A DNA stretch of 64,000 nt from a plasmid, in the sequence record NZ_CP012903.1. One strand, written 5' to 3'. Position 1 is the stretch's first letter; every line of letters starts with the position of its first letter. Under the pieces are notes generated by a model. That model was not told the DNA's origin. It was given only the letters and a program-made list of their open reading frames with translations, and did no database searches. Position numbers and translations under genes: made by a program. Of this stretch, positions 22,379 through 34,442 are shown piece after piece.

Positions 22379-23705
22379 AATGAGATGGTCACTCCCTCCT
22401 TCCCGGTACTATGCTGAGGACAGGCTTTCATTCGGAGAACTATCATGGAAAACATTGCGCTCATTGGTATCGATCTGGGTAAAAACTCTTTCCATATTCA
22501 TTGCCAGGATCGTCGCGGGAAGGCTGTTTACCGTAAAAAATTTACCCGGCCAAAGTTGATCGAATTTTTGGCGACATGCCCCGCTACAACCATCGCAATG
22601 GAAGCCTGTGGCGGTTCTCACTTTATGGCACGCAAGTTGGAAGAGTTGGGGCATTCCCCAAAGCTGATATCACCACAATTTGTCCGCCCGTTCGTTAAAA
22701 GCAATAAAAACGACTTTGTCGACGCCGAAGCTATTTGTGAAGCTGCATCGCGTCCGTCTATGCGTTTTGTGCAGCCCAGAACGGAATCTCAGCAGGCAAT
22801 GCGGGCTCTGCATCGTGTCCGTGAATCCCTGGTTCAGGATAAGGTGAAAACAACCAATCAAATGCATGCTTTTCTGCTGGAATTTGGCATTAGCGTTCCC
22901 CGAGGAGCTGCCGTTATTAGCCGACTGAGTACCATTCTTGAGGATAATAGTTTGCCTCTTTACCTCAGCCAGTTATTGCTGAAATTACAACAGCATTATC
23001 ACTATCTTGTTGAGCAGATTAAAGATCTGGAATCCCAGTTGAAACGAAAGTTGGACGAAGATGAGGTTGGACAGCGCTTGCTGAGCATTCCCTGCGTCGG
23101 AACACTGACAGCGAGTACTATTTCAACTGAGATTGGCGACGGGAAGCAGTACGCCAGCAGCCGTGACTTTGCGGCGGCAACAGGGCTTGTACCTCGGCAG
23201 TACAGCACGGGAGGTAGGACGACATTGCTGGGAATTAGTAAGCGAGGTAATAAAAAGATCCGAACTTTGTTGGTTCAGTGTGCCAGGGTATTCATACAAA
23301 AACTGGAACACCAGTCTGGCAAATTGGCCGATTGGGTCAGGGATTTACTGTGCCGGAAAAGCAACTTTGTCGTCACTTGTGCTCTGGCAAACAAGCTGGC
23401 CAGAATAGCCTGGGCCCTAACGGCACGACAGCAAACTTATGTAGCATAACGGCAGAAATACACCGGTTTAAAGAATTACTGATCTGGTTTTGCGAATACT
23501 GATATTGATGATACTAACGGCCCACCGGCCTGTTGAGGAACCTGTAAAACGGAAAGGCTCATTGAAGCCGTATATTTTCTGGAGGTTCATCAGGCGCGGA
23601 ACTCATCAAGGCGCGGGAATAAAATCCCATTCAGACGCCGGATAGATTCAAGCAAGCCAACTTGTCGTCAAAATCGGTGTTGCAAAAACGGGAGTGACCA
23701 TAGAT
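22379..23705 (+). mobile_element. IS5075/IS4321-like IS110-family element (1327 bp) inserted inside Tn21 IRmer
   Basis: IRmer is split: CTTAGCGTGCTTTATTT at 22362-22378 and TCCGTTTTCTGAG... at 23706; the 1327-bp insert encodes an IS110-family transposase. Confidence 0.8.
22445..23449 (+). CDS. IS110-family transposase (IS5075-like)
   Basis: 334-aa MENIALIGIDLGKNSFHIHCQDRRGKAVYRKKF... (DEDD transposase). Confidence 0.85.
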   Translation: MENIALIGIDLGKNSFHIHCQDRRGKAVYRKKFTRPKLIEFLATCPATTIAMEACGGSHFMARKLEELGHSPKLISPQFVRPFVKSNKNDFVDAEAICEAASRPSMRFVQPRTESQQAMRALHRVRESLVQDKVKTTNQMHAFLLEFGISVPRGAAVISRLSTILEDNSLPLYLSQLLLKLQQHYHYLVEQIKDLESQLKRKLDEDEVGQRLLSIPCVGTLTASTISTEIGDGKQYASSRDFAAATGLVPRQYSTGGRTTLLGISKRGNKKIRTLLVQCARVFIQKLEHQSGKLADWVRDLLCRKSNFVVTCALANKLARIAWALTARQQTYVA

Positions 23706-23799
23706 TCCGTTTTCTGAGGTGCCCCCTAATAGTGTTCTTCCATTTCGGTAAAAATCCCTACCATGGATTCCCACTCGTCCGGGGGGTAATGACTCCAAC

Positions 23800-24303
23800 T
23801 TATTGATAGTGTTTTATGTTCAGATAATGCCCGATGACTTTGTCATGCAGCTCCACCGATTTTGAGAACGACAGCGACTTCCGTCCCAGCCGTGCCAGGT
23901 GCTGCCTCAGATTCAGGTTATGCCGCTCAATTCGCTGCGTATATCGCTTGCTGATTACGTGCAGCTTTCCCTTCAGGCGGGATTCATACAGCGGCCAGCC
24001 ATCCGTCATCCATATCACCACGTCAAAGGGTGACAGCAGGCTCATAAGACGCCCCAGCGTCGCCATAGTGCGTTCACCGAATACGTGCGCAACAACCGTC
24101 TTCCGGAGCCTGTCATACGCGTAAAACAGCCAGCGCTGGCGCGATTTAGCCCCGACGTATCCCCACTGTTCGTCCATTTCCGCGCAGACGATGACGTCAC
24201 TGCCCGGCTGTATGCGCGAGGTTACCGACTGCGGCCTGAGTTTTTTAAATGGCGGAAAATCGTGTTGAGGCCAACGCCCATAATGCGGGCGGTTGCCCGG
24301 CAT
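23800..24303 (-). CDS. insB: IS1 InsB (expressed as an InsAB' fusion after frameshifting)
   Basis: 167-aa [51 protein letters not shown]... Confidence 0.9.
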   Translation of the reverse strand: MPGNRPHYGRWPQHDFPPFKKLRPQSVTSRIQPGSDVIVCAEMDEQWGYVGAKSRQRWLFYAYDRLRKTVVAHVFGERTMATLGRLMSLLSPFDVVIWMTDGWPLYESRLKGKLHVISKRYTQRIERHNLNLRQHLARLGRKSLSFSKSVELHDKVIGHYLNIKHYQ

Positions 24304-24497
24304 CCAACGCCATTCATGGCCATATCAATGATTTTCTGGTGCGTACCGGGTTGAGAAGCGGTGTAAGTGAACTGCAGTTGCCATGTTTTACGGCAGTGAG
24401 AGCAGAGATAGCGCTGATGTCCGGCGGTGCTTTTGCCGTTACGCACCACCCCGTCAGTAGCTGAACAGGAGGGACAGCTGATAGAAACAGAAGCCAC
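24222..24497 (-). CDS. insA: IS1 InsA
   Basis: 91-aa [43 protein letters not shown]... Confidence 0.9.
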   Translation of the reverse strand: MASVSISCPSCSATDGVVRNGKSTAGHQRYLCSHCRKTWQLQFTYTASQPGTHQKIIDMAMNGVGCRATARIMGVGLNTIFRHLKNSGRSR

Positions 24498-24775
24498 TGG
24501 AGCACCTCAAAAACACCATCATACACTAAATCAGTAAGTTGGCAGCATCACCCGACGCACTTTGCGCCGAATAAATACCTGTGACGGAAGATCACTTCGC
24601 AGAATAAATAAATCCTGGTGTCCCTGTTGATACCGGGAAGCCCTGGGCCAACTTTTGGCGAAAATGAGACGTTGATCGGCACGTAAGAGGTTCCAACTTT
24701 CACCATAATGAAATAAGATCACTACCGGGCGTATTTTTTGAGTTATCGAGATTTTCAGGAGCTAAGGAAGCTAAA

Positions 24776-25435
24776 ATGGAGAAAAAAATCACTGGATATA
24801 CCACCGTTGATATATCCCAATGGCATCGTAAAGAACATTTTGAGGCATTTCAGTCAGTTGCTCAATGTACCTATAACCAGACCGTTCAGCTGGATATTAC
24901 GGCCTTTTTAAAGACCGTAAAGAAAAATAAGCACAAGTTTTATCCGGCCTTTATTCACATTCTTGCCCGCCTGATGAATGCTCATCCGGAATTCCGTATG
25001 GCAATGAAAGACGGTGAGCTGGTGATATGGGATAGTGTTCACCCTTGTTACACCGTTTTCCATGAGCAAACTGAAACGTTTTCATCGCTCTGGAGTGAAT
25101 ACCACGACGATTTCCGGCAGTTTCTACACATATATTCGCAAGATGTGGCGTGTTACGGTGAAAACCTGGCCTATTTCCCTAAAGGGTTTATTGAGAATAT
25201 GTTTTTCGTCTCAGCCAATCCCTGGGTGAGTTTCACCAGTTTTGATTTAAACGTGGCCAATATGGACAACTTCTTCGCCCCCGTTTTCACCATGGGCAAA
25301 TATTATACGCAAGGCGACAAGGTGCTGATGCCGCTGGCGATTCAGGTTCATCATGCCGTTTGTGATGGCTTCCATGTCGGCAGAATGCTTAATGAATTAC
25401 AACAGTACTGCGATGAGTGGCAGGGCGGGGCGTAA
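24776..25435 (+). CDS. catA1: chloramphenicol acetyltransferase CatA1 (Tn9 type)
   Basis: 219-aa [116 protein letters not shown]... Confidence 0.95.
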
Positions 25436-25635
25436 TTTTTTTAAGGCAGTTATTGGTGCCCTTAAACGCCTGGTTGCTACGCCTGAATAAGTGATAATAA
25501 GCGGATGAATGGCAGAAATTCGAAAGCAAATTCGACCCGGTCGTCGGTTCAGGGCAGGGTCGTTAAATAGCCGCTTATGTCTATTGCTGGTTTACCGGTT
25601 TATTGACTACCGGAAGCAGTGTGACCGTGTGCTTC

Positions 25636-26016
25636 TCAAATGCCTGAGGCCAGTTTGCTCAGGCTCTCCCCGTGGAGGTAATAATTGACGATATGATCAT
25701 TTATTCTGCCTCCCAGAGCCTGATAAAAACGGTTAGCGCCGGGGTTGGATTTTTCAGCGTTCCAGCTAAGGCTAAGGCATTCCTGTTCAAGCGCAAGCCG
25801 GGCTATAAAGCGCATTATCGCTTTACCCGTGCCCTTATTTCGATCGCACTGAGAAACATACAGCTCTTTAATATGCAGCTGACCGCTGTATCGGGGCGAG
25901 GGATAAAGAATATTGCAACATGCCAGGCCAGTAATGTTATTGCCGCAGCGCGCTCTGATCACCAGGGTACCGGAAAGCCGGTTGAATAACTTTTTACAGA
26001 GATAATCCTTCATCAA
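25636..26016 (-). pseudogene. GNAT acetyltransferase fragment (ybjA-like) of the kind that follows catA1 in Tn9
   Basis: 126-aa ORF with GNAT-like motifs that ends at the Tn21-family IR. Confidence 0.45.
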
Positions 26017-26079
26017 CGCTTCCTGAATGATACCTTCGCCATAATAGGGGTCGTCTCAGAAAACGGAAAATAAAGCACG

Positions 26080-29046
26080 CTAAGCCGGTTGCAGAGGCCG
26101 TAGCGGCCTGAACTTCCCCGCGCCGATCTTGGCGCTGCTGCGCCATAGGTAATCACCGGTCAGGTTGATGTGCTCCCAGCCGAGTGGCGACAGGTACTGC
26201 AATAGCGAGTCATCGACGGCATGACCATTGCCGCGCAACGCATGCGCCGCACGCTCCAGGTAGACCGTGTTCCACAGCACGATGGCCGCCGTCACCAGGT
26301 TGAGGCCGCTGGCCCGGTAGCGCTGCTGCTCGAAACTGCGGTCACGGATTTCACCAAGGCGTTTGAAGAACACGGCACGGGCCAGCGCATTGCGCGCCTC
26401 GCCCTTGTTCAGCCCGGCATGCACGCGGCGGCGTAGCTCGACGCTTTGCAGCCAGTCGAGGATGAACAGCGTGCGCTCGATGCGGCCCAACTCGCGCAGC
26501 GCGACGGCCAAGCCGTTCTGGCGCGGGTAGCTGCCGAGTTTCCTGAGCATCAGCGAGGCCGTCACCGTGCCCTGCTTGATCGAGGTGGCCAGCCGCAGGA
26601 TTTCGTCCCAATGGGCGCGGACGTGCTTGATGTTGAGCGTGCCGCCGATCATCGGCTTGAGCGCGTCATAGGCGGCATCGCCCTTCGGGATGTAGAGCTT
26701 GGTGTCGCCCAGGTCGCGGATGCGCGGCGCGAAGCGGAAGCCCAAGAGGTGCATCAGGGCGAAGACGTGATCGGTGAAGCCCGCCGTGTCGGTGTAGTGC
26801 TCCTCGATCCGCAGGTCGGATTCGTGGTACAGCAGGCCGTCGAGCACGTAGGTTGAGTCGCGCAGGCCGACATTGACCACCTTGGTGTGGAATGGCGCGT
26901 ATTGGTCGGAGATGTGGGTGTAGAAAGTCCGTCCTGGGCTGCTGCCATATTTTGGGTTGATGTGCCCCGTGCTCTTTGCCTTGCTAGCGGTTCGGAAATT
27001 CTGTCCGTCCGATGATGATGTGGTGCCATCGCCCCAGTGCCCGGCAAAGGGATGCCGAAACTGAGCGTTGACCAGTTCAGCCAACGCTGTCGAGTACGTT
27101 TCGTCGCGGGTATGCCAGGCTTGCAGCCAAGCGAGCTTCGCGTAGGTCGTGCCGGGGCAGGACTCGGCCATCTTGGTCAGGCCCAGGTTGATCGCGTCGG
27201 CCAGGATCGTGGTCAACAACAGGTTCTTGTCCTTGGCCAGATCGCCCGATTTCAAGTGCGTGAAGTGCCGGGTGAAGCCCGTCCACTCATCGACTTCGAG
27301 CAGCAGTTCGGTGATCTTGACGTGCGGCAGGACCATGGCTGTCTGGTCTATCAGCGCCTGCGCGGTGTCGGGCACCGCCGCATCCAGCGGCGTGATCTTC
27401 AAGCCCGACTCGGTGATGATGGCATCCGGCAGGTCGTTGGCTGCCGCCATGCGGTTGACGGTGGCAAGTTGTGCTTCCAGCAGCGTCAGCCGCTCATGCA
27501 GATATTGTTCGCAGTCGGTGGCCACGGCCAGCGGCAATTCGCTGGACTGCTTGAGGCTGGTGAACTTCTCGGGCGGTACCAGGTAGTCCTCGAAGTCCTT
27601 GAACTGGCGTGAACCCTGCACCCAGATGTCGCCCGAGCGCAGGGAGTTCTTCAACTCGGACAGCGCGCACAGTTCGTAGTAGCGCCGGTCGATGCCGGCG
27701 TCGGTCATCACCAGTTTCTGCCAGCGCGGCTTGATGAAGCCGGTCGGTGCATCGGCTGGCAGCTTGCGGGCGTTGTCGGTGTTCATGCCGCGCAGCACCT
27801 CAATGGCATCAAGCACGTTTTTGGCGGCGGGCGCGGCCCGCAGCTTGAGCACGGCAAGGAATTCCGGTGCATAGCGGCGCAGGGTGGCGTAGCTCTCGCC
27901 GATGCGATGCAGGAAATCGAAGTCATCGGGTTGCGCGAGCTTCTGCGCCTCGGTGACGCTCTCGGCAAAGGAATCCCAGGACATGACGGCCTCGATGGCG
28001 GCAAACGCATCGCGGCCTGATTGCTTGGCGTCGATCAGCGCCTGACCGATGCGCCCGTACAGACGTACCTTGGCGTTGATGGCCTTGCCTGACGCCTGGA
28101 ACTGCTGCTGATGCTTATTCTTGGCAGCGTTAAACAGCTTACCCAGGATGCGGTCGTGCAGGTCGATGATTTCGTCGGTGACGGTGGCCATGCCCTCGGT
28201 GGCCAGCGCCACGAGAGTGGCGTAGCGCCGTTGCGGCTCGAATTTGGCCAGGTCGGCGGGTGTCATCTGGCCGCCCTCGCGGGCAATCTTGAGCAGGCGG
28301 TTCTGGTGAACCAGCCGCTCGATGCCGGTAGGCAGATCGAGTGCCTGCCATGCCTTGAGGCGTTCGATGTGTTCCAGCATATGCCGCGAATTTGGCTTGG
28401 CCGGAGACTGGCGCAACCAAGCCAACCAGGTCGTCTTGCCGTTGTCCCGGCGCTTGAGCAGATCGTCGAGGCGGCGGCGATGCGCGTCCGCCAGTGGTTC
28501 GGCCAAGGCGTCGTAGATGCGCCGGTTAGCACGGGTGATCGCCTCGGCACTCGCCCGCTCGACGGCGTTGAGGGCGGGCAGAATGACCGACTGCCGCCGC
28601 AGGTGCCCGATCAAGGCGCTGGCCAGCACGATGCCTTTGTCGGTTTGCATCGCCAGCTCGGTCAGCATCTGGACGGCCTGCCGGTAATGGCTCATGGTGA
28701 AGGGCCGGAAACCGAACACGGTTTGCAGCTCGCTCAGGTGCTCGCGCCGGGTCTGCTCCCGCTGGCCGTACTCGTTCCAGCTTTCGACGCCGACCTTGAG
28801 CTGGTCGGCGACCAGCTTCAACAAGGGCGGGAACGGTAGTTCATCGACGCCCAGGATGACGCCGGGAAAGCGCAGGTAACAGAGCTGCACCGCGAAGCCC
28901 AGCCGATTGGCTGGCCCGCGCCGCTGTCGGATGATCGAGAGGTCGGTATCGTTGAATGTGTAATGTCGGATCAGGTCGTCCTTGGAGTCCGGCAACGCCA
29001 GCAGGCTTTCCCGCTCGGCGGCGGACAGGATGGAACGACGTGGCAT
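26080..29046 (-). CDS. tnpA: Tn21-family transposase TnpA (988 aa)
   Basis: [60 protein letters not shown]... with the DDE domain. Confidence 0.95.
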   Translation of the reverse strand: MPRRSILSAAERESLLALPDSKDDLIRHYTFNDTDLSIIRQRRGPANRLGFAVQLCYLRFPGVILGVDELPFPPLLKLVADQLKVGVESWNEYGQREQTRREHLSELQTVFGFRPFTMSHYRQAVQMLTELAMQTDKGIVLASALIGHLRRQSVILPALNAVERASAEAITRANRRIYDALAEPLADAHRRRLDDLLKRRDNGKTTWLAWLRQSPAKPNSRHMLEHIERLKAWQALDLPTGIERLVHQNRLLKIAREGGQMTPADLAKFEPQRRYATLVALATEGMATVTDEIIDLHDRILGKLFNAAKNKHQQQFQASGKAINAKVRLYGRIGQALIDAKQSGRDAFAAIEAVMSWDSFAESVTEAQKLAQPDDFDFLHRIGESYATLRRYAPEFLAVLKLRAAPAAKNVLDAIEVLRGMNTDNARKLPADAPTGFIKPRWQKLVMTDAGIDRRYYELCALSELKNSLRSGDIWVQGSRQFKDFEDYLVPPEKFTSLKQSSELPLAVATDCEQYLHERLTLLEAQLATVNRMAAANDLPDAIITESGLKITPLDAAVPDTAQALIDQTAMVLPHVKITELLLEVDEWTGFTRHFTHLKSGDLAKDKNLLLTTILADAINLGLTKMAESCPGTTYAKLAWLQAWHTRDETYSTALAELVNAQFRHPFAGHWGDGTTSSSDGQNFRTASKAKSTGHINPKYGSSPGRTFYTHISDQYAPFHTKVVNVGLRDSTYVLDGLLYHESDLRIEEHYTDTAGFTDHVFALMHLLGFRFAPRIRDLGDTKLYIPKGDAAYDALKPMIGGTLNIKHVRAHWDEILRLATSIKQGTVTASLMLRKLGSYPRQNGLAVALRELGRIERTLFILDWLQSVELRRRVHAGLNKGEARNALARAVFFKRLGEIRDRSFEQQRYRASGLNLVTAAIVLWNTVYLERAAHALRGNGHAVDDSLLQYLSPLGWEHINLTGDYLWRSSAKIGAGKFRPLRPLQPA

Positions 29047-29048
29047 AT

Positions 29049-29609
29049 TTACTGATCCGTTCTCAAGTATTGATACAGGGTTTCGCGACTGATTCCGAAT
29101 TCACGAGCAAGCTTGGTCTTTTGCTCGCCAGCCTCGACACGTTGGCGCAGTTCGGCAATACGCTCAGACGACAGGGATTTCTTCCTGCCACGGTAAGCCC
29201 CGCGTTGCTTGGCGAGCGCAATACCCTCGCGCTGACGCTCGCGGATCAGGGCGCGCTCGAACTCGGCGAACGCGCCCATCACCGAGAGCATCAGGTTCGC
29301 CATCGGAGAGTCTTCGCCAGTAAAACTGAGGTGTTCCTTGACGAATTCGATATGCACGCCGCGTTGTGTCAGCGTTTGCACGATCCGGCGCAAATCATCG
29401 AGATTGCGCGCCAGGCGATCCATGCTATGCACCACCACGGTGTCGCCGGTGCGGGCGAAGCTTATCAGCGCTTCCAGTTGCGGACGCTTGACATCCTTGC
29501 CGGATGCCTTGTCGCTAAAAGCGCGATCAACCTTGACGCCTTCCAGTTGCCGTTCCGGGTTCTGGTCGAAGGTGCTGACCCTGATATACCCAATGCGCTG
29601 TCCAGTCAT
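29049..29609 (-). CDS. tnpR: Tn21-family resolvase TnpR (186 aa)
   Basis: [78 protein letters not shown]... Confidence 0.95.
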   Translation of the reverse strand: MTGQRIGYIRVSTFDQNPERQLEGVKVDRAFSDKASGKDVKRPQLEALISFARTGDTVVVHSMDRLARNLDDLRRIVQTLTQRGVHIEFVKEHLSFTGEDSPMANLMLSVMGAFAEFERALIRERQREGIALAKQRGAYRGRKKSLSSERIAELRQRVEAGEQKTKLAREFGISRETLYQYLRTDQ

Positions 29610-29734
29610 GGAATTCCCTGCAAAATGTCAGGGAAGACTCTATGACCTTCAACGAGATATGTCAATAAATTCAAAATTCAATCCTATCCTGACGCAATTT
29701 ACACATGGCATCTGACATCAGGTTAGGGTATGCC
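29610..29734. promoter_or_regulatory. res: res site region upstream of tnpR
   Basis: Position relative to tnpR; AT-rich with repeated TGTC motifs. Confidence 0.5.
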
Positions 29735-29947
29735 TCAATCTGACGGCTGCGAACCGCCAGGGACAGGCGCAATGTCAGATTCTGTCGCGGCCTTGGCGCG
29801 TGCCTGGAAGCGTTCATAGCAATCCAGCCCGCAGAAATGTTCGACGTATTCCGCGCCTTCCGGGGTGAAGGCGGCATCGAGCGGAATTTCTTTGCAGCAT
29901 ACGCAGCAGGTGGTGCAACTGGCAGTGTTCGGGGCGTTTGCGTTCAT
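29735..29947 (-). CDS. Cys-rich small ORF in the urf2 position (possible truncated urf2)
   Basis: 70-aa ORF with CxxC motifs lying between merE and res. Confidence 0.35.
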   Translation of the reverse strand: MNANAPNTASCTTCCVCCKEIPLDAAFTPEGAEYVEHFCGLDCYERFQARAKAATESDIAPVPGGSQPSD

Positions 29948-30012
29948 GGTGGTACTCCTCCAGATTGGTAGCGAAGCTCAAAGCTGCCCACTCTCGGCTG
30001 GCTGGGAAGCGG

Positions 30013-30249
30013 TCATGATCTTCCCTTGAAGGCCCGCAGCAGCCGCGTCACAGACAGGACAAACAAGCCGGTCAGCGTGAGGGCTGCAATACCCCAGTGC
30101 TCCCCGATGAACGCGCCGGCCGTCGTGCCGGCTAGCACAATGGCGAGAATCGGCAAATGGCAGGGACAGGTGAGCACGGCCAGCGCGCCCCACAAGTAGC
30201 CGGTGATCGGTTTGTGCGTCTCAGACGGCAAGTGCTCTGGGCTGTTCAT
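30013..30249 (-). CDS. merE: MerE mercury transporter (78 aa)
   Basis: [47 protein letters not shown]... Confidence 0.85.
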
Positions 30250-30611
30250 GGCAGACTCTCCGCGTGCTGTGCCGGTTCGGTTGGCATGGCGGCCAGTTGC
30301 ATTTCGAGGCTGGCCAGGGCCTCGCGCCGACGCTCGACGAGTTGCCGCAACACGGCAAGCTGCGCAGACGCACCGTCACCGTCCGCAGCATCCAGCGCCC
30401 GGCACAGCCGCGCCAGTGCGTCCAGGCCGATACCCGCTTCGAAGGCAGCCCGTACAAAGCGCAGCCGTTGCAACGCGGTGTCATCGAACAAGCCGTAGCC
30501 GCCCGTGGTGTACGCGACCGGCCGTAGCAATCCGCGCAGCAGGTAGTCGCGCACGATATGCACGCTCACCCCGGCATCAAGGGCCAGCCGGGACACTGTG
30601 TAGGCGCTCAT
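30246..30611 (-). CDS. merD: MerD co-regulator (121 aa)
   Basis: [44 protein letters not shown]...; the listed ORF has an 11-codon upstream extension. Confidence 0.85.
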
Positions 30612-30628
30612 TGAACACCTCCTTTTCC

Positions 30629-32374
<1,746 letters not shown>

Positions 32375-32581
32375 TCACAGCTGTCCGGCCCGCAGCGGCG
32401 ATGTGCTGGCGAGATGAAATCCCAGACCGACACCCCCAACCATCAAGGCCAGGCCGACATAGAGCAGTCCACCGCTCTGCCAGCCGTAAGCCCGCATTAA
32501 AAACACCGCTGCCAGCACCAAGATCGGGCCTATCGTGCCGAGCGCGCCGGTTTTGCCAGCGATGCGCGTGATGAGTCCCAT
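32375..32581 (-). CDS. 68-aa cysteine-free hydrophobic ORF between merP and merA; its N-terminus resembles MerC (possible merC remnant)
   Basis: MGLITRIAGKTGALG... resembles MerC MGLMTRIADKTGALG but the rest lacks the metal-binding cysteines. Confidence 0.25.
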   Translation of the reverse strand: MGLITRIAGKTGALGTIGPILVLAAVFLMRAYGWQSGGLLYVGLALMVGGVGLGFHLASTSPLRAGQL

Positions 32582-32600
32582 GTGTCGCTCCCGAGTTCGG

Positions 32601-32885
32601 TTAACGGATCAGCGTTTGAGGCTGGACGGATAGCCCGCGTCCTCGGTCGCCTTGGTCAACTTCTGGACGTTGGTCTTGGCATCGTCGAAGGTGACGACGG
32701 CCTGGCGCTTGTCGAAACTTACGTCGGTCTTGCTCACCGCCCTCAACCTTGGAAAGCGCGTGCTTGACAGTGATCGGGCAAGAGGCGCAGGTCATGCCAG
32801 GCACGGACAGCGTGACGGTCTGGGTGGCGGCCCACACGGGGGCAACAACGGCAGCGAGGGCGAGGGCGGCAAACAGTTTTTTCAT
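32601..32885 (-). pseudogene. merP: merP with a +1 frameshift: the HMA domain is intact through KVEG, then out of frame
   Basis: The ORF reads MKKLFAALALAAVVAPVWAATQTVTLSVPGMTCASCPITVKHALSKVEGGEQDRR...; the alternate frame gives the canonical VSKTDVSFDKRQAVVTFDDAKTNVQKLTKATEDAGYPSSLKR; the extra G lies in GAGGGCGGTGAGC near 32732-32747. Confidence 0.7.
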
Positions 32886-32899
32886 GATGAACTCCTGTG

Positions 32900-33267
32900 A
32901 TTAATAGAAAAAATGGCATGACGTAGGGAAATCCGAGCGAGACCAGGACCAGCGCGGCCACGATCCAGAAAATGAGCTTGTAAGTAGCTCGCACTTGGGG
33001 AATCGCGCAGACCTCACCCGGTTTGCAGGCTTGCGCCGGGCGGTAGATGCGCCGCCAGGCGAAAAACAGCGCGACCAGCGCTGCGCCGATGAAGATCGGG
33101 CGATAGGGTTCCAGCACCGTCAGGTTGCCGATCCATGCCCCGCTGAACCCCAAGGCGATCAAAACCAGCGGCCCCAGGCAGCAGGCCGACGCAAGAATGG
33201 CGGCCAGCCCACCGGCGAAGAGCGCGCCGCGCCCGTTTTGTGGTTCAGACTTTTGTGGTTCAGACAT
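32900..33267 (-). pseudogene. merT: merT with a 15-bp tandem duplication at codons 2-6 (MSEPQKSEPQNG) and a 1-nt insertion in a T6 run before the stop, causing read-through into merP
   Basis: The 174-aa ORF reads [20 protein letters not shown]...FPYVMPFFLLITGVHHEK...; duplicated unit TTTTGTGGTTCAGAC at 33236-33265; homopolymer at 32908-32913. Confidence 0.7.
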
Positions 33268-33310
33268 ACGCTTGTCCTTTCAAATTTGGTTTGGATAGCT
33301 TAAGCTTACT

Positions 33311-33328
33311 TCCGTAGTTATGTACGGA
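33311..33328. promoter_or_regulatory. merO: mer operator dyad of the second mer operon
   Basis: TCCGTAGTTATGTACGGA between merT and merR. Confidence 0.6.
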
Positions 33329-33338
33329 GTCAAGCGAT

Positions 33339-33794
33339 ATGCAAATTAATTTTGAGAATCTGACCATTGGCGTTTTTGCCAAGGCGGCCGGGGTCAATGT
33401 GGAGACCATCCGGTTCTACCAGCGCAAGGGCCTGCTGCCGGAGCCAGACAAGCCCTATGGCAGCATTCGCCGCTATGGCGAGGCGGATGTAACACGAGTG
33501 CGGTTCGTGAAATCGGCCCAGCGGCTGGGCTTTAGCCTGGACGAAATCGCCGAGCTACTGCGGCTGGAGGATGGCACCCATTGCGAGGAAGCCAGCGGCC
33601 TGGCCGAGCACAAGCTCAAGGATGTGCGCGAGAAGATGGCCGACTTGGCACGCATGGAGGCCGTGCTGTCTGAACTGGTGTGCGCCTGCCATGCGCGGAA
33701 AGGGAACGTTTCCTGCCCGCTGATTGCGTCACTGCAAGACGGAACGAAGCTCGCTGCATCGGCGCGGGGGAGTCACGGGGTGACTACGCCTTAG
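33339..33794 (+). CDS. merR: MerR-family regulator (151 aa) with divergent N-terminus (MQINFENL) and C-terminus compared with the copy at 21932
   Basis: ...[77 protein letters not shown]... Confidence 0.8.
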   Translation: MQINFENLTIGVFAKAAGVNVETIRFYQRKGLLPEPDKPYGSIRRYGEADVTRVRFVKSAQRLGFSLDEIAELLRLEDGTHCEEASGLAEHKLKDVREKMADLARMEAVLSELVCACHARKGNVSCPLIASLQDGTKLAASARGSHGVTTP

Positions 33795-33970
33795 CGTGCT
33801 TTATTTTCCGAATTCTGAGACGACCCCAAATAAAAATGAACAATGAAAAGGGTAGGGGGAGAATGGCCGTTGCCGATAAAATTGTTCCCCGGTTAGTTAT
33901 TTCTCTGCCCGCTGTTAAAAGTTGAAAGTTGAAAGTTGATAACTTTGCAGTAAAATGCCGTTATCATATA

Positions 33971-33988
33971 TACTGTATAAATGTACAG
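33971..33988. promoter_or_regulatory. LexA box (SOS operator) upstream of umuD-like
   Basis: TACTGTATAAATGTACAG fits CTGT-N8-ACAG. Confidence 0.7.
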
Positions 33989-34004
33989 CGTAAGAGAGGC
34001 ATTA

Positions 34005-34442
34005 ATGTCACTAAAACCTATGAAATCAGCCCCAGACACCAAAGAAACTATCCCTTTCTTTGGCGAGCTCGTACCCGCAGGTTTCCCTAGCCCTGCTGCT
34101 GGGTGGGAAGAGGCTGAACTTAATCTTCATACGCTGGTGGTCACTCATCCAGCCAGCACGTACTTCTTGCGCGTGACAGGTGACTCCATGCAGGATGCTC
34201 GGATACATTCTGGTGACGTGCTGGTGGTTGATCGCTCAGAAACTCCAGAGCAGGGTAGTATTGTTGTTGCCAGCATCGACAACGAATTCACAGTCAAGAA
34301 ACTCATCTTGCGGCCACGTCCATGCCTTATGCCGATGAACCCGGCATACCCACCTATCTATTTTGACCCTGAAAGTAACGACGTTGAAATTTGGGGTGTG
34401 GTGACTTACTCATTAATGAAGCACAAAAAATGTATGGCCTGA
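34005..34442 (+). CDS. mucA: UmuD/MucA-like translesion-synthesis accessory protein (S24 LexA-type peptidase)
   Basis: ...AGFPSPAAGWEEAELNLHTLVVTHPASTYFLRVTGDSMQDARIHSGDVLVVDRS... matches the MucA/UmuD family; start moved to 34005 because the 33981 ATG lies inside the LexA box. Confidence 0.85.
   Translation: MSLKPMKSAPDTKETIPFFGELVPAGFPSPAAGWEEAELNLHTLVVTHPASTYFLRVTGDSMQDARIHSGDVLVVDRSETPEQGSIVVASIDNEFTVKKLILRPRPCLMPMNPAYPPIYFDPESNDVEIWGVVTYSLMKHKKCMA

Larger units (their letters stand above)
23785..24552 (-). mobile_element. IS1: IS1 (768 bp, complete)
   Basis: Ends GGTAATGACTCC... and ...GGCAGCATCACC; encodes insA and insB. Confidence 0.95.

Noticed and set aside
26221-28839. Numerous 60-240-aa ORFs on the plus strand inside tnpA, tnpR and merA of the Tn501-like element (e.g. 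26446-26856, 27037-27612, 28111-28839, 30938-31552, 31742-32170)
   Set aside because: High-GC antisense frames commonly stay open; all lie inside well-supported genes on the other strand.
32375-32581. Calling the 68-aa ORF merC
   Set aside because: Only the first roughly 15 residues resemble MerC and the metal-binding cysteines are absent; kept as a low-confidence remnant.
33920-33945. AAGTTGA x3 short tandem repeat next to IRmer considered as iterons
   Set aside because: Only three short copies with no associated rep gene; noted but not annotated.
33981-34004. ORF start at 33981 for the umuD-like gene
   Set aside because: That ATG lies inside the LexA box; the ATG at 34005 has an AGAGAGG RBS and gives a MucA-length product.
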